From the human T2T-CHM13v2.0 reference genome, Homo sapiens: DNA of 64,000 bases. A model generated the notes under the pieces. That model was not told the DNA's origin. It was given only the letters and a program-made list of their open reading frames with translations, and ran no database searches. The position numbers and the translations under genes are program-made. Positions 38,351 through 50,087 of the stretch are shown in pieces. Where the stretch lies: the NCBI RefSeq assembly GCF_009914755.1, contig NC_060934.1; one strand, given 5' to 3'. How positions within the stretch are numbered: the first letter of the stretch is position 1; every line of letters begins with the position of its first letter.

Positions 38351-38924
38351 GAGGATTTAGTCTTTACCCTGGTTCAAAGAGAAATCTTTAAATATTTATT
38401 CCTTTTGCATACTACAAGTACTCCTAACAGAAAATTAGGGGTAAGAATCAATGTTTAAGGACACATATAGGTGGCAGAGTTTGATAATTGAGACAATTCT
38501 ATGCATTATCTGGTTTTCATTAACTTTGAAGATGATCTTCACTCAGCTTTATCAATGGAACTCTATGGCAAGATCTGTAATAACCTGTGATTCCCTGAAA
38601 GGGAAAATTGAGATTAATGGAGCAGGGTATGGGCCTCTAATGCAGAACTCAGGGCAGGCAATCATGGAAAGAAGGCAGTGGTGAATATCAGGACTTGGAG
38701 TACTTGGTGAGGAATGAGGATTAGAGAAGGAATCTGAAAGAAGAGGCAGGAATAATAAAAAATAAAGCTTACTCACCTGGACCCTGGCTGATTCTTGCTT
38801 CCTCAATCACGGAGCTTTCTCTGAACATCATCATCAACCCTTCATTATCTCTTTGGTCTATGAAGCTCTCAGGTTTCAGTGCTGAACAAAGGGCTCTTAT
38901 GAGATGATGCACACTCTAAATCAT

Positions 38925-39052
38925 ATAATATTTATGAATAATGCAGTCACTAGCCATATGCCTGAGAAACACATTTTTAATTTTGTTTCAAATTAATTTA
39001 AATTTAAATAACTATATGTGATCAATGGCTACTGCATTGGCTAATGCAGCTG
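38925..39052. mobile_element. MER3-like hAT-Charlie MITE fragment
   Basis: 'gcagtcactagccatatg...ttaatttaaatttaaataactatatgtgatcaatggctactgcattgg'. Confidence 0.65.
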
Positions 39053-39064
39053 GAGCACCAACTG

Positions 39065-39290
39065 GCAATGGCGTGGTAATGGTTTGGACAGTCTTAGAGA
39101 GGCCTTTCCATCCCCACTCTTCCTCATCCTAGCTACTTAGGCAAGTTACAGAACGTTGCTGAATCTGAGTTTCCTCATCTTTTAAAACTGGTATGACAAT
39201 AGATTCTTCTCAAGAACTGGAAGGATAAGGTAGAAAAGTAAGTCAATTACCCAGCACAGTGCAGAGCTGGAGGAAATTTCCAATGAAAAT
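39065..39290 (+). mobile_element. MIR SINE
   Basis: 'cttaggcaagttacagaac...tctgagtttcctcatcttttaaaactgg'. Confidence 0.7.
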
Positions 39291-41269
39291 GTATGTGTCC
39301 TCCTTTCCAGAACACACTCTCCCCCTTTTTGCACATTGCTTTGAGTTTTGTAAATGGCCATTATAAAATAACAAGATGGATTTTTATATCAAAACTATCA
39401 GAACTGCTGTGTGTAAATGACCTACTCTTTCATGGCAGTTACTTTGCTTAAATAGCACTGTCATTGCTTAAATAACTTTGGACAAGTTCTTTCTCAAAGT
39501 TATTGCACTGGTGTTTGGTCGCATTTTCATCGTTGACTCATTTTTGTTTTTTACTTCCCTTTTTTAAAAATTATAAATTTTGATTTAAAACACAAGAGAA
39601 TATGTGAAGAAAATAAACATTTTCTACAAACCCGTCAGCAAGGATTAAGAAGTATTAATGCTGTTTATAGTAATTACAGGCTTTTTTGATGTTCTTTTAA
39701 AAATAAAAACATACAATTTGATAGTTTAAATTTTTTACACTTTCACATAAGCATTTTTTATTAAATATTTATTAAAATGTGCTATTTAATGGTTGCAAAA
39801 TATTCTGTTATATGAATGTGTCAAATTGTATGTGCTTACTCGTACTATAGCTACTATTTGTTTTTGAAGTGAAAAGAAAATTTTTCTAATTTATCAGTCT
39901 TGACTTTAAATGCTTTTTCTTTCTCCAAAATATAACCCACTCTAAAAAAGAAGGATAAAAAGAAGGAACAATTATCAAATATCTACTACAAAACAAGCTT
40001 ATCATATACCTTATCTTATTGAGTCCTAGAAATTCTGAGATATGTAATATTATGCCCCCAATTTTTAGCATTTCAAGTGCAAAATTTTGAAAAGTCTGAA
40101 TAGGTTGTTCTAAGCCATGTGTCTAGAAATCTTCATAGACAGACTTTTTTAACCCAGGAGTATCGGATTCCCAGTCCATATTTTACACCGTAGCAGGCAA
40201 CAACTGAATGGTTTCAACAGAAATAGAGTGACAATTCCAAACTGTGTGTGTCGTATTTCATCACTTGTACAACTCAGAATATTTATATAAGCCACTTTGG
40301 CAAAAGAGAGACAAAGGGCTCAAAGTAATTTGGCTCTTGCTAATTACAAAACATAATCCAAAATCTTTTTTTTTTTAACCACAACCACTTCAGAAGATTG
40401 TTCCTGTCAAATATGTCTCAGCACATCAGTCAATCATGCTGCAATATTTCCCCCTTCTTGGCAACCAGGACCTTCCTGGAATTGCCCATAGTGACAGTTT
40501 GAGCAATTTTAATTAACAAGCACAATTAGGCTGGAGAAAATTAGTTCCCTAAATGCCAGTTAGTCCTGTTTTCTCTTTCATGCTTCCCAAACAAAGATTG
40601 CAGCTGATACTACTGCCCAGCAGTGTCTTATGGAGCCTGAGGGCCAGCAATGTCCAGCCAGGGATTCAGGCTCAGCCTGGCTGTGAACCAGATGGGGATC
40701 AGGAAAGAACTTGGGCAAAAGGCCCTTTAAAACCCATCCAAGATACAATTGCCACCAGAGCCTTCTCCAGTTTCTGGGATTTCATTTCAGGGAGGAGAAA
40801 AGGTGTCAAGTTACTCTGTTCTTTTAGCAAAGGAAAGGAACTAGTTTTTCCAGGTTTCCAGCTGCAGAAGCCCATGAGCACACTCCTGAAATTGATGGCT
40901 CTGTAAAATCATAATATTTGGAGGTGGATGGAAAGAGTGTGGGAGGGCAAGTGAAGTTTTAAAAAGCTGATTTATAATTTTGGATAAAGAAAGATGAATT
41001 TATTTATTAAAATGCAGTAGCAGATTAAGACATCATTCAAGAAGTGAATACATTACTAAGTGTTTTGAATGAAAACTCTGGGAGTGTCTGGCATATTTTG
41101 ATTCTTTCTGTTCCATGTAATGTCAACTAAAAAGGGGCTGACTTATGTAAAGAACGGAAAAAAGAGTTTTAAGATGCAACTCACGTAAAGGTCCAAACCT
41201 TGCACCTCGTCCTAGTAAAACCTCTGATAACATATTGCAGCATTATTTTTACTTTACTACTACACAACT

Positions 41270-41485
41270 TAATGGAACTATAAAATCAGTCTGCTTGGGT
41301 TGGAATTCTGGTTTTACATCTACTGGCTGTGTGACTTTGAGCCAGTTACTTATTCTCTTTGTGCCTTAGCTTCTTCACCTATAAAGTGGAGTTAACAATG
41401 GTACCTTACAACCTAGAGTAGTTGTAAGTATTAAATGAGATAAGATACTATTTGTAAATTGCTTCAGTGTCCTAAATAAGAATTT
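41270..41485 (+). mobile_element. MIR SINE
   Basis: 'ctgcttgggttggaattctgg...tactggctgtgtgactttgagccagttacttattctctttgtgccttagc...gtattaaatgagataa'. Confidence 0.85.
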
Positions 41486-41489
41486 ATTA

Positions 41490-42010
41490 CACAACAAATA
41501 TTTTTTGAGTACGATCATTTTCTTGTCCTTCTTTTTCACCTGACCATTGAAAACTGAGCAACTCCAGGCAGGATGGGCATAAAAACATTTTGTCTTCCAT
41601 GATTCTTACTCTGCCCCAATTTTCCTCTGAGAAAAGTGCGTCCATCCAGTTGACCATCTCCAATTTCCTGCCCCTACACACTTCCATGCTTTATACTGCC
41701 AATCTTCTCTCCTTTCACCCTGTAGTTTCAGGAAATTAGCTGTCTCTCCTTTTGTTCAAGGTGAACCCCTTCATCTTTCCTTAGTTCACATCCTCCTTGG
41801 AAATCTTACTACATTCCAATCTTCTCTCTTAGCAACTTCTCTGCTTGTGCCTTCTTCAGTGTATAAACATGTTTAAGTCATAATAGAACAAGACTCTCCT
41901 AATCACTTGTTTCTTCTTTTAAAAAAAATCATTTTCTTGTTGTACTTTGTTCTTTTTCTGCAATGTTTTGCCCAGGCTTTGTTTGCCCATCCTCTGATCC
42001 TCTGTTAGGA
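41490..42010 (+). mobile_element. L2 ORF fragment (resumes near 43555)
   Basis: Pyrimidine-rich; 'tttcctctgagaaaagtgcgtccatccag' and 'tataaacatgtttaagtc'. Confidence 0.5.
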
Positions 42011-42014
42011 TATT

Positions 42015-43368
42015 AAAAAATATTAATATACCTTTTTTGACAAGTTTTAGGTTTATAGAAAAATTGAGCTGAAAGTACAGTTTCCACATACCCCTTGCCC
42101 TCATAGATTTCTCTGGCATGAACACCTTTCATTAGTGTGGTACATGTTAGAATTAATAAGCCAATATTGGTACATTATCATTCACCAAAATCCATTATTT
42201 ATGTTACGGTTCACTCCTTGGGTCGTATGTTTTATAGGTTTTGCAAATGCATAATGACGTATATCCACCATTACAGAATCATACAGAATTTTTCACTGCC
42301 CTAAAAATTTCTTATGCTGCATAGTTTTGCCTTTTCCAGGATGTCATGTTTGGAGTAATACAGCATGCGGCCTGTAGAGGTTGGCTTTTTTCACTTAATA
42401 ATATGCATTTAAGGTTCTTCTCTGTCTTTCTATGGCTTGATAGATCATTGCTTTTTAGCGCTGAATGATAGTCCATTCTCTGGATGTATCATTATTTATT
42501 TATCCATTCACCTACTAAAGAACATGTTTTCTTCCAAGTTTTGATAATTATGAATAAAGCTCTTCTAAATATTCATGCACAGGTTTTTGTGTAAATATGT
42601 TTTCAACTCATTTGTGTAAATACCAAGGAGTATGATTGTGGTTCAGATGGTAAGAGCATGTTTAGTTCTGTAAGAAACTCTTAATTGTCTTCCAAAGTGG
42701 CTGTATCATGATGCATTCCCACCAGCAATGAATCAGAGTTCCTGTTGTTCGACATCCTTGCCAGCAGTTGGTGGTGATAGTGTTTTGGATTTTATCCATT
42801 CTAATAGGTGTGCCGTAGTATTTTTGTTTTAATTGTTTCAATTTGCAATTCTTTAATGACATACCATGTTGATCATCTTTTCATATGCTTACTTGCTATC
42901 TATCTAGCTATCATTTTTTTTGGAGGGGCTGAGATATCTGTTCAGATCTTTTGCTCATTTTAAAACTGGGTTGTTTATTTTTGAATTTTAAGAGTTCTTA
43001 GTATATTTTGGATATGAGTCATTTATCAGATAAGTGTTTTATAAATATTTTTTCCCAGTTGGTGGTTTGTCTTTTCATTCTCTTAACTATCCTTTGCAGG
43101 ATAGAAGTTTTAATTTTAATGAAGTCCAACTTATTTTTTTTTCATAGATCCTGCTTTGGGGCATTCTGTATAAAAAGTCATCCCCAAACCCAGGGTCACC
43201 TAAATTTTCTCCTATGTTATCTTCTAAGAGTTTTATAATTTTGCATTTTACACATTTAGGTCTGTGGTCCATTGGAGTTAATTTTTGTGAAGGGTGTAAG
43301 ATCTGTGTCTAGATTCATTATTTTTGCATGCAAAGTCCCATGGTTCTGGCACCATTTGTTCAAAGTAC
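42015..43368 (-). mobile_element. L1MC/MD-type LINE-1, 3' end plus ORF2 C-terminal part
   Basis: 'gttttaggtttatagaaaaattgagctgaaagtacag'; the antisense frame gives the zinc knuckle CWQGC...LIHCWWEC (42662-42862). Confidence 0.88.
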
Positions 43369-43416
43369 CACCTGTCCCCCAAAAAACCTATGAAAATAAG
43401 TTTTTTATAACAAAAG

Positions 43417-43554
43417 AAGCTACAGTAATGAAGACAGTGAAGTATAGCAAAAGAACAGACAAAACAAGGGAACAGAATAGAGAGCACAGAAATAGACTCC
43501 CACAAATACAGTCAAATGATATTTGACAAAGGAACAAAGATAGTATTTTGAACA
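43417..43554 (+). mobile_element. Inverted 5' segment of the same L1
   Basis: 'aagctacagtaatgaagacagtg...gaacagaatagagagcacagaaatagac...atttgacaaagg...gatagtattttgaaca' is the ORF2 sequence immediately upstream of the 43368 breakpoint, flipped. Confidence 0.8.
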
Positions 43555-45422
43555 CTTGTTTATTTTGGTCTGCAGCTCCTTAATTTCCATCATTTCCATC
43601 ATAATCACTTTTCAGGCTGATGATTTTTCTGTATTTTTTTCCAGCTAGGACTTTGGACTCCCAGCTGTCCCCCAAATGAAAAGTCTTCTCCCTCTCAGCC
43701 TACCTAGTTATGGAGCAATTTTAAACATAAATAAGTAAATGAATGTAAGCCAATTAACTATGGTGAATCACCCAAATACTTGAAAAAATATTAGTCCTTG
43801 GCAACGCAAAGGGTATATTTCATGGAATAGGGTTAGAGTTTCTAGCCTGAACCCAAATCATACACTTTTGTGAAAACCAGAATGTAAAATCCAGAGGGGG
43901 TCAAAAGGCTCAGAGATTAAAAACTCTCAAATAGCTTAGGTAAGTAGGGTGAGGCAGTGGTGGGAATGAAAGAATGAAGAAGGGATGAACTGGTTACTTC
44001 TTTATTTCCAAAAAAACTCCTTCTCAGTCTTTGCTCCTATTGGCCAGTATGGCTATCAGAAGGGAGAAAAGAATGGTTAGTTCTATGAGCCTTATTTTAG
44101 AGAAGACTGAATGTTTGTTAGGGTAGCCAAATGCCTGGGAATCGGAGCCTTTAGTCCTCCTCCAAAAACATTTTAACGAGGGAAAAATATGCTTTTCTTG
44201 TTAATTCCAATTTTCCTGAAAATTCTGTTACCCAAACTATGCCATTTACTAAACCTTTTTGTGGATTGAAATTTTATCCTTATTTATAAAACCTACTCAT
44301 GTCTGGTGATATTTTTTAATGAAAGAAAAAGCCAGCATATCACTGTAGAGAATTATTTTTCACAGTTTGAAGAACCTTTTGTTAGAGAACCATTGATTTT
44401 ATAGGTTGCTAAGGATTTTTTCTTGAGTCATGCATAATTCAGATGGAGAAGAGATGGGCATAAGTGTCAGATGGATTGACCAATGTTACTACTCAAGGAG
44501 GATTATCAACCAGTCGAAGCACCCTAGAGCCCTGTGCTCCTACAACAGAAGACCAAGGGAATGACAGAACAGAAGGCTATTTCCCTAATGTAATAAAAAA
44601 CAGTTCTTTAAATTTGTGTAAGAATAAATATAATGTTTCATGGATAAAATAATGATTCTCAGAGCTCATCTTAGCCCTTACAGAAGTCAAAGATGAGATG
44701 GACATTTTGCAACACTCACAATTCTAGGGTGAGTTAGAAGTTAAAGAAATGAATTTTATATGATTTTGAAGTTTTTTTAATACTTTCCTAAGCTTTATTG
44801 TGTCTTATTTACTCAGGACAATTTATTCATCTTATCTGCTCTGCTGAATCACCCTTGTAGCAAGCCTCAACCTTGTGTTCACTTTCATGTGACTCTACCT
44901 TCTTAGAGACTAAGTTCACTTGAGCATATATTATAAATTCAGGTAAGCTTTATGCTGAACTTGGACCGCAGAATACTCTCGTTCAAATGATAGCTATTAT
45001 TTCGCCAATCATATTCCTCATACAGAATTTTAACTGAGAAGTAAAAGAGCAAATTAGAATTGGCTGTAAAGTTGATATGTCTGGGAGACAGAAAGCAAGC
45101 AGGAGCAGGAAAAGGAAATCACAACAGGTGCTCAGAGAAAAGCAAAGATGAGTCAGTGAGGACCCTGAATGGGAGACAGAAATAAGGCAACTTCCCAACT
45201 GCTGTGTCTTATAAAGCTGTTCCTGTCTTTGGAATTCAGTAAAATGTCACTAGCATCCTTCTAATAACCACTAAGGCAGTTATTTCATGAGTTATCTGGA
45301 ATAAGCTCCTGTTCTTTTGAACCAAAAGGGCCTTGTGCAGCCATCCTCATGACTGCCTGTCAAGATAAGCAGAAGTAGTGTTATCACAGGAAAAGAGAGA
45401 AGGAGTGTCAGCAATATGCTTG

Positions 45423-45580
45423 TCTAGTGTTTCATAGATTCAATTCATCAGAACCACCTGGGGAACTTTTTTAAAAGTAAAGATTCACAGACTCATTCTG
45501 GTTCAATATGGGCTCAGGAAACCAATGTTTTCTAAAGATCCCCAAATATTTCTCATGATAGTTAGTTTGGGGAACCTAAA
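45423..45580. mobile_element. MER5-type MITE
   Basis: 'catcagaaccacctggggaacttttttaaaagtaaagattc...gggctcaggaa...agtttggggaacc'. Confidence 0.65.
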
Positions 45581-45844
45581 CTAAGGGCTCTTAATCTTGG
45601 AATTACAGATATCTTTGAAAATGGCATAATACTATGATCCTCTTATTATATGACATTCACATGTGCTTTTGTATAACTTTAGGACCTCCTAACCCAGACC
45701 TAGCCCAGTGACCCTTCTGGGAGTAGACAGAAAATGACCTATCCAATGGCCAGCCAATGGGAAGCAGCCAAGCCAAGCCTATTATCTGAGCTATTAGAGA
45801 CATTTTGCAAATAACAAATAAGGAAAAGACACAAGATAAATTTC

Positions 45845-46303
45845 TTGGTGTCCAAAAAGAAACCACACTAGGTGTTTCAACAGAGTGTAACGAATAAATA
45901 CAAAATTGGTTGCACAGGTGTTGAGGAACTAAAAGAGATAATAATTCCAGGAAGCCATTTATGACCCAGGGAAGGAGGACGAAGAGTAGGGGCTAGGATT
46001 CTCAGAACTTCTTCCCCAAACTGGTGTTGGTACTCCAGGAGCACGATGGAGGAGCCCTGCAGACCCAGGCCTCTGATCACTGTGGAGAGAATTTTAATCA
46101 TTTGCTGCTGGTACAATTAAAGAGAAAAATAAAGCTGATTCTGGAAGTACTGAAAGTAGCTGGAGACTGGAACCAACTGCTGCTACTGGGACAATGCTAA
46201 CGGGCATGGAAATCAGACAAGAAGCAAACAAAAAAATCCTTGTTATTCCTCTGCCTTCCAATTGTCCTCCAGTGCTCCTTATTGGTGGAATAGAAACAAG
46301 AAG
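45845..46303 (-). mobile_element. Ancient ERV LTR (same type as 37900-38350), interrupted by MLT1; resumes at ~47399-47490
   Basis: 'aagaaaccacactaggtgtttcaacagag...ctccagtgctccttattggtggaa'. Confidence 0.45.
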
Positions 46304-47398
46304 TGTGGTGATTTGTAAATATACCAGAAATTACTTCAAAACGTGAAAGCTAATTCTCCTCTGTTTCACTGTAGACTGAGCTTAGTGACTCACTTCTAAC
46401 AAATAAAATAAACTGAAAATGACGCTGTGCAACTTTGAATACTTTTCACAGAAAAGAAAGGCTGACTCAGAGGGCAGAACCAAAAGTCATGGAGAAGTAT
46501 TCTTGGGCAAGATCAGGCTAAGAAAAACTTTTATTATTAGCCCAGCTGAATTTCAGATTTTCTACGAGCCAATGACTCTTTTGAACCTTGCATTCTTCCC
46601 CTTCTTGAACAAGAATGTGTACAGCAGCTCTTCTATGCCTGCGTCACTGTTGCATGTTGAACACATGAGGTAGAAAATTTGCCTCTCAGAGGTCTTAAGG
46701 CTTGGAGAAAGTGCACTCAAGAATCTCTATTTTAAAAACTACCTCTCAAGCAAAAAAGAGCCTCAAGCATACCTGGATCTGGTTTAGATAGTAAGATTTT
46801 GATATTAGAATGTTGGGGACCTGAGAAGGGGGTGTGTGTATTTTGTACATGAGGGGAATGTAAATAGCCAGAGTGTACACTATGGTAGTTTTATTTTTGA
46901 ACCTCAAATTTTTAAATATACATTTCTTCATGAAGTGGAGTCTAAGATTACTCCCCTTGTGGTGGGCTGGACTTAGTGACTCATGTCTTACAAATAGAAT
47001 AAACTATAGGGAACAATATGCAACCCTAAAGACTAGGTCATAAAAGGTACTATAGATTTTTCCTTGCTCTCCCTCTTGAAACAAACATTCTGGAGGAAGT
47101 TACCTCCCATGTCAGAAGACAATGCAAGCAGCCTATAGAGAGGGTCATATCAAACAGCCCGTGAAAAATTGCCAACAACCATGTAAGTGGGCTTGAAAGA
47201 GATCCTCTTTCAGTCAAGCATTCAGATAAGAATGCGGCTTGGCTGAAATGTTGATTAAAACTTTAAAAGACCTTGAGACAGAAACACCTTGCTAAGCTGC
47301 ACCCACATCCATGACCCACAGAAACTGTCAGATAATAAATCTGTTTTAAGCCATCAATTTGGGAGTAATTTATTACACAGCAATAGATAACTAACACA
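46304..47398 (+). mobile_element. MLT1 (F/G/H-like) remnant: partial 5' LTR, internal 3' piece, complete 3' LTR (46881-47398)
   Basis: LTR motif 'cttagtgactca...caaata(a/g)aataaact' occurs twice (~46380 and ~46972); internal end 'tgtgtattttgtacatgagggga'; LTR end 'cagcaatagataactaacaca'. Confidence 0.8.
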
Positions 47399-47910
47399 GA
47401 TGGCAAAAGAGAAACAGTTTCCAGAGTCTTAGATTCAACATCACAAAAGCAAATATATATGAGAAGATTTGGAACTGAGAGACAAATTAATCACTGTTAT
47501 GGTCCAACATTTTCCTACTCAGCATCCATTTATACCTCTGTAGATACGTGTAAATTTCCACACTAAAACACTAACACTGTTATGCTTAACAAGTTGCAAA
47601 TATCATTCAACCAAATAAAAGACAGTCTCACCTTCTCTGCCAAAATAAGCAATTCAAATTCCCAAAAATCATGGTATCATCTCTAAGTGAAAACAATCCC
47701 AGAATCTTTTTCTGGGCAACTTCATGTTGAATGGGAATTTTCTTCTTTTCAGTACTAAACTAACTAGCAGAAGGCAAAGTTGTGGTAACAGAAAGCATCT
47801 GCAAGAGTGTTCATAAGTATAATGAAGGGAACAGCTAGTTCTGCATCTCCCTTAATCTCTAGATCACAAATCAAGTGTCCAAGTTCAACCAAGTACAATA
47901 ACTCATCATT

Positions 47911-48300
47911 TACTCTGACCTGAATGTCCTCCAAAATGTATGTGTTAACTTAATTGCCAGTGTGATAGTATTAAGAGGAGGGGCCTTTTGGAGATATTTA
48001 GACCATGAGGGCTCCATGTTCATAGATGAGATTAGTGACCTTAGAAAAGGGCTGGAGAAAACTAGCTAGGCCCCTTTGTTGCCCTTCCACCTTTTCTGCC
48101 ATATGAAGACACAACTTTCATCCTCTCATAGCAAGAAGGCACCATATTAGAAGAAGAGAAAGAAGCACTCACCGATGAACCTGCCAATGCATTGATCTTG
48201 GGCTTCCCAGCCTACAGAATTGTGAGAAAATAAATTTCTGATCTTTACAAATTGCCCAGTTTCATATATTTTGTTATGGCAGCACAAATGAAGTAGGATA
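47911..48300 (+). mobile_element. MSTD/MLT1A-type MaLR solo LTR
   Basis: 'tgaatgtcctccaaaatgtatgtgtt...ttgatcttgggcttcccagcctacagaattgtgaga'; exact TSD TCATT at 47906-47910 and 48301-48305. Confidence 0.88.
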
Positions 48301-48349
48301 TCATTAGTATGCCAATTATTTTAAATAATAAAACCAAGGCAAAGAGAAT

Positions 48350-48470
48350 AATGTTACAATGTAAATATAATTAATAATACTGAATTGTACACTTAAAAAT
48401 GGTTAAAATGTTAAATTTTATGTCATGTATATTTTGTCACAATTAAAAATAAAAATAAATAACAGGAAAA
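48350..48470 (+). mobile_element. L1MB/ME 3' end inserted in a MIR
   Basis: 'actgaattgtacacttaaaaatggttaaaatgttaaattttatgtcatgtatatttt...acaattaaaaa'. Confidence 0.8.
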
Positions 48471-48564
48471 AAGAATAAGTTACTTGACCATTGTTACATG
48501 GCTACTAAGTATCAGGGCTGGGATTTGAATTGAGGATTTAAGAACAATTGGTCTTATTACTTAG

Positions 48565-50087
48565 GACTTAGTGAAGTCTTCTTTGGGTTGAATGTTATTA
48601 GAGACTTTCAAGCTTAGGTACCTTGATGTCCACATCTCTTCCCAGATTTGGAGAGTTTTCAGCCATTATTTATTTAAATAAGCTTTCTGCCTCTTTCTCT
48701 CCCTCTCTTGCTTCTAGAAATCTCATAATGTGAAAGTTAGCTCTTATGCTGGTGTCCAATAAATCTTGTAGGCATTTCTTCACGTACTTTTTTTTCTTTG
48801 CATATTTTCAAATGTCCTGTCTTTGAGTTCACAGATTCTTTCTTTTGCTTAATCAAGTCTGCTGTTGATTCTCTCTCGGTTGTATTTTTGCATTTCACTC
48901 ATTGTATTATTTAGCTCCAGTAATTCTTTTTTTTCTGTCTCTTTACTGAACATTTTATTTTCTTCATGTATGTTTTATTTGATCCTGTTGAGTTGTCTGT
49001 GTTCTCTTATAGCTCACTGATTTTTGAAACAATTATTTTAAATTTCTTGTCAGGCTGTTCACAGATCTTCATTTATTTAGGGCTAGTTCTTGAAATATTA
49101 TTGTATTTCTTTTGTCGTGTCATGTTTCTTTAATCATTTCAGTTTCTTGAAGTCTTGTGTTGCTGTCTTTATATTTGAAGAAGCAGTAACTTCCTCTAGT
49201 TTATACTGACTGGCTTCAGGAGAGAAACGTCTTCACCAAATATCTCAGCTAGGAATTCTGAGGCTCTCAGAACTTTTCTATGGGTATACCCACTCCACAT
49301 CTCTTGTTCCTTCTTGGGGTGTGGGGTTTCTTAAGATCGTATGCCTTTCCTCCATCCTGCAAAGCCAGGTCAGGTGCTGAGAGCCTCCCATGTGTTTTCC
49401 CTAGGACAGTGCCCTGAAATGCATAAGTTTGTGTGCCTTGTCCCAGTCTCACAGAGTCGAACCAGCTGTCTTTACAAGAGCTGTCTTGCGCTCATCATCT
49501 GCAAGGGCATGCTTGGACAGCTGGCCTGAGGAGAGTGGTGAGGTGCATAGAGCATTCGAGTTGCCTATGGGCCGGTTGTGTGGGAGTCCACAGGTGAGAT
49601 ATTTTAAGCCACTCATGGATGAGCTGCCTGATTGAGTCTACTGAGCAGTTAGTAGAGTCCATGGCCTCTCTTCTGTTCCCAGCTTCTTCCAACCACTTAG
49701 CTATGTCCATCACTTCAGTATCCTGGGTGGAGCAAGAAAGAAGTGGGCCTATTGGCAGCATCTTGCATGGATGGGAAAACCAGACACTTATTCACCACAT
49801 TTTTATTCTCCCCTGAGGGAGAAATCATGGGCCAAGGGGAGTCTATCTTGGCACAGAGCTGTGCCACATTAGGAGAAGGGAAACATGGGTCAAGTGAAAA
49901 TGTCCTTTATACCCCCTTCAATGGATCTCTCTTAGATTTTTTACTTCAGTGGTATACTGGAACTTCTCCATTGACTCATAGATTCCTGCCAAGGTACTCT
50001 TGTTCCTGGGTGTTTGTCAAAATTGATGCTTTTGCAGGAGGATAAGGTAGAAAGCTCCTATTCTACCACCTTGCTGACTTTACTCTC
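48565..50087 (-). mobile_element. L1M (L1MA/MB-lineage) ORF1 5' part and 5' UTR
   Basis: 'cccagatttggagagttttcagccattattt...aaataagctttctg'; terminus 'ctcctattctaccaccttgctgactttactctc'. Confidence 0.8.

Noticed and set aside
40553-40906. 117-aa plus-strand ORF in unique sequence
   Set aside because: No recognisable homology or motif; the length is compatible with chance in 64 kb.
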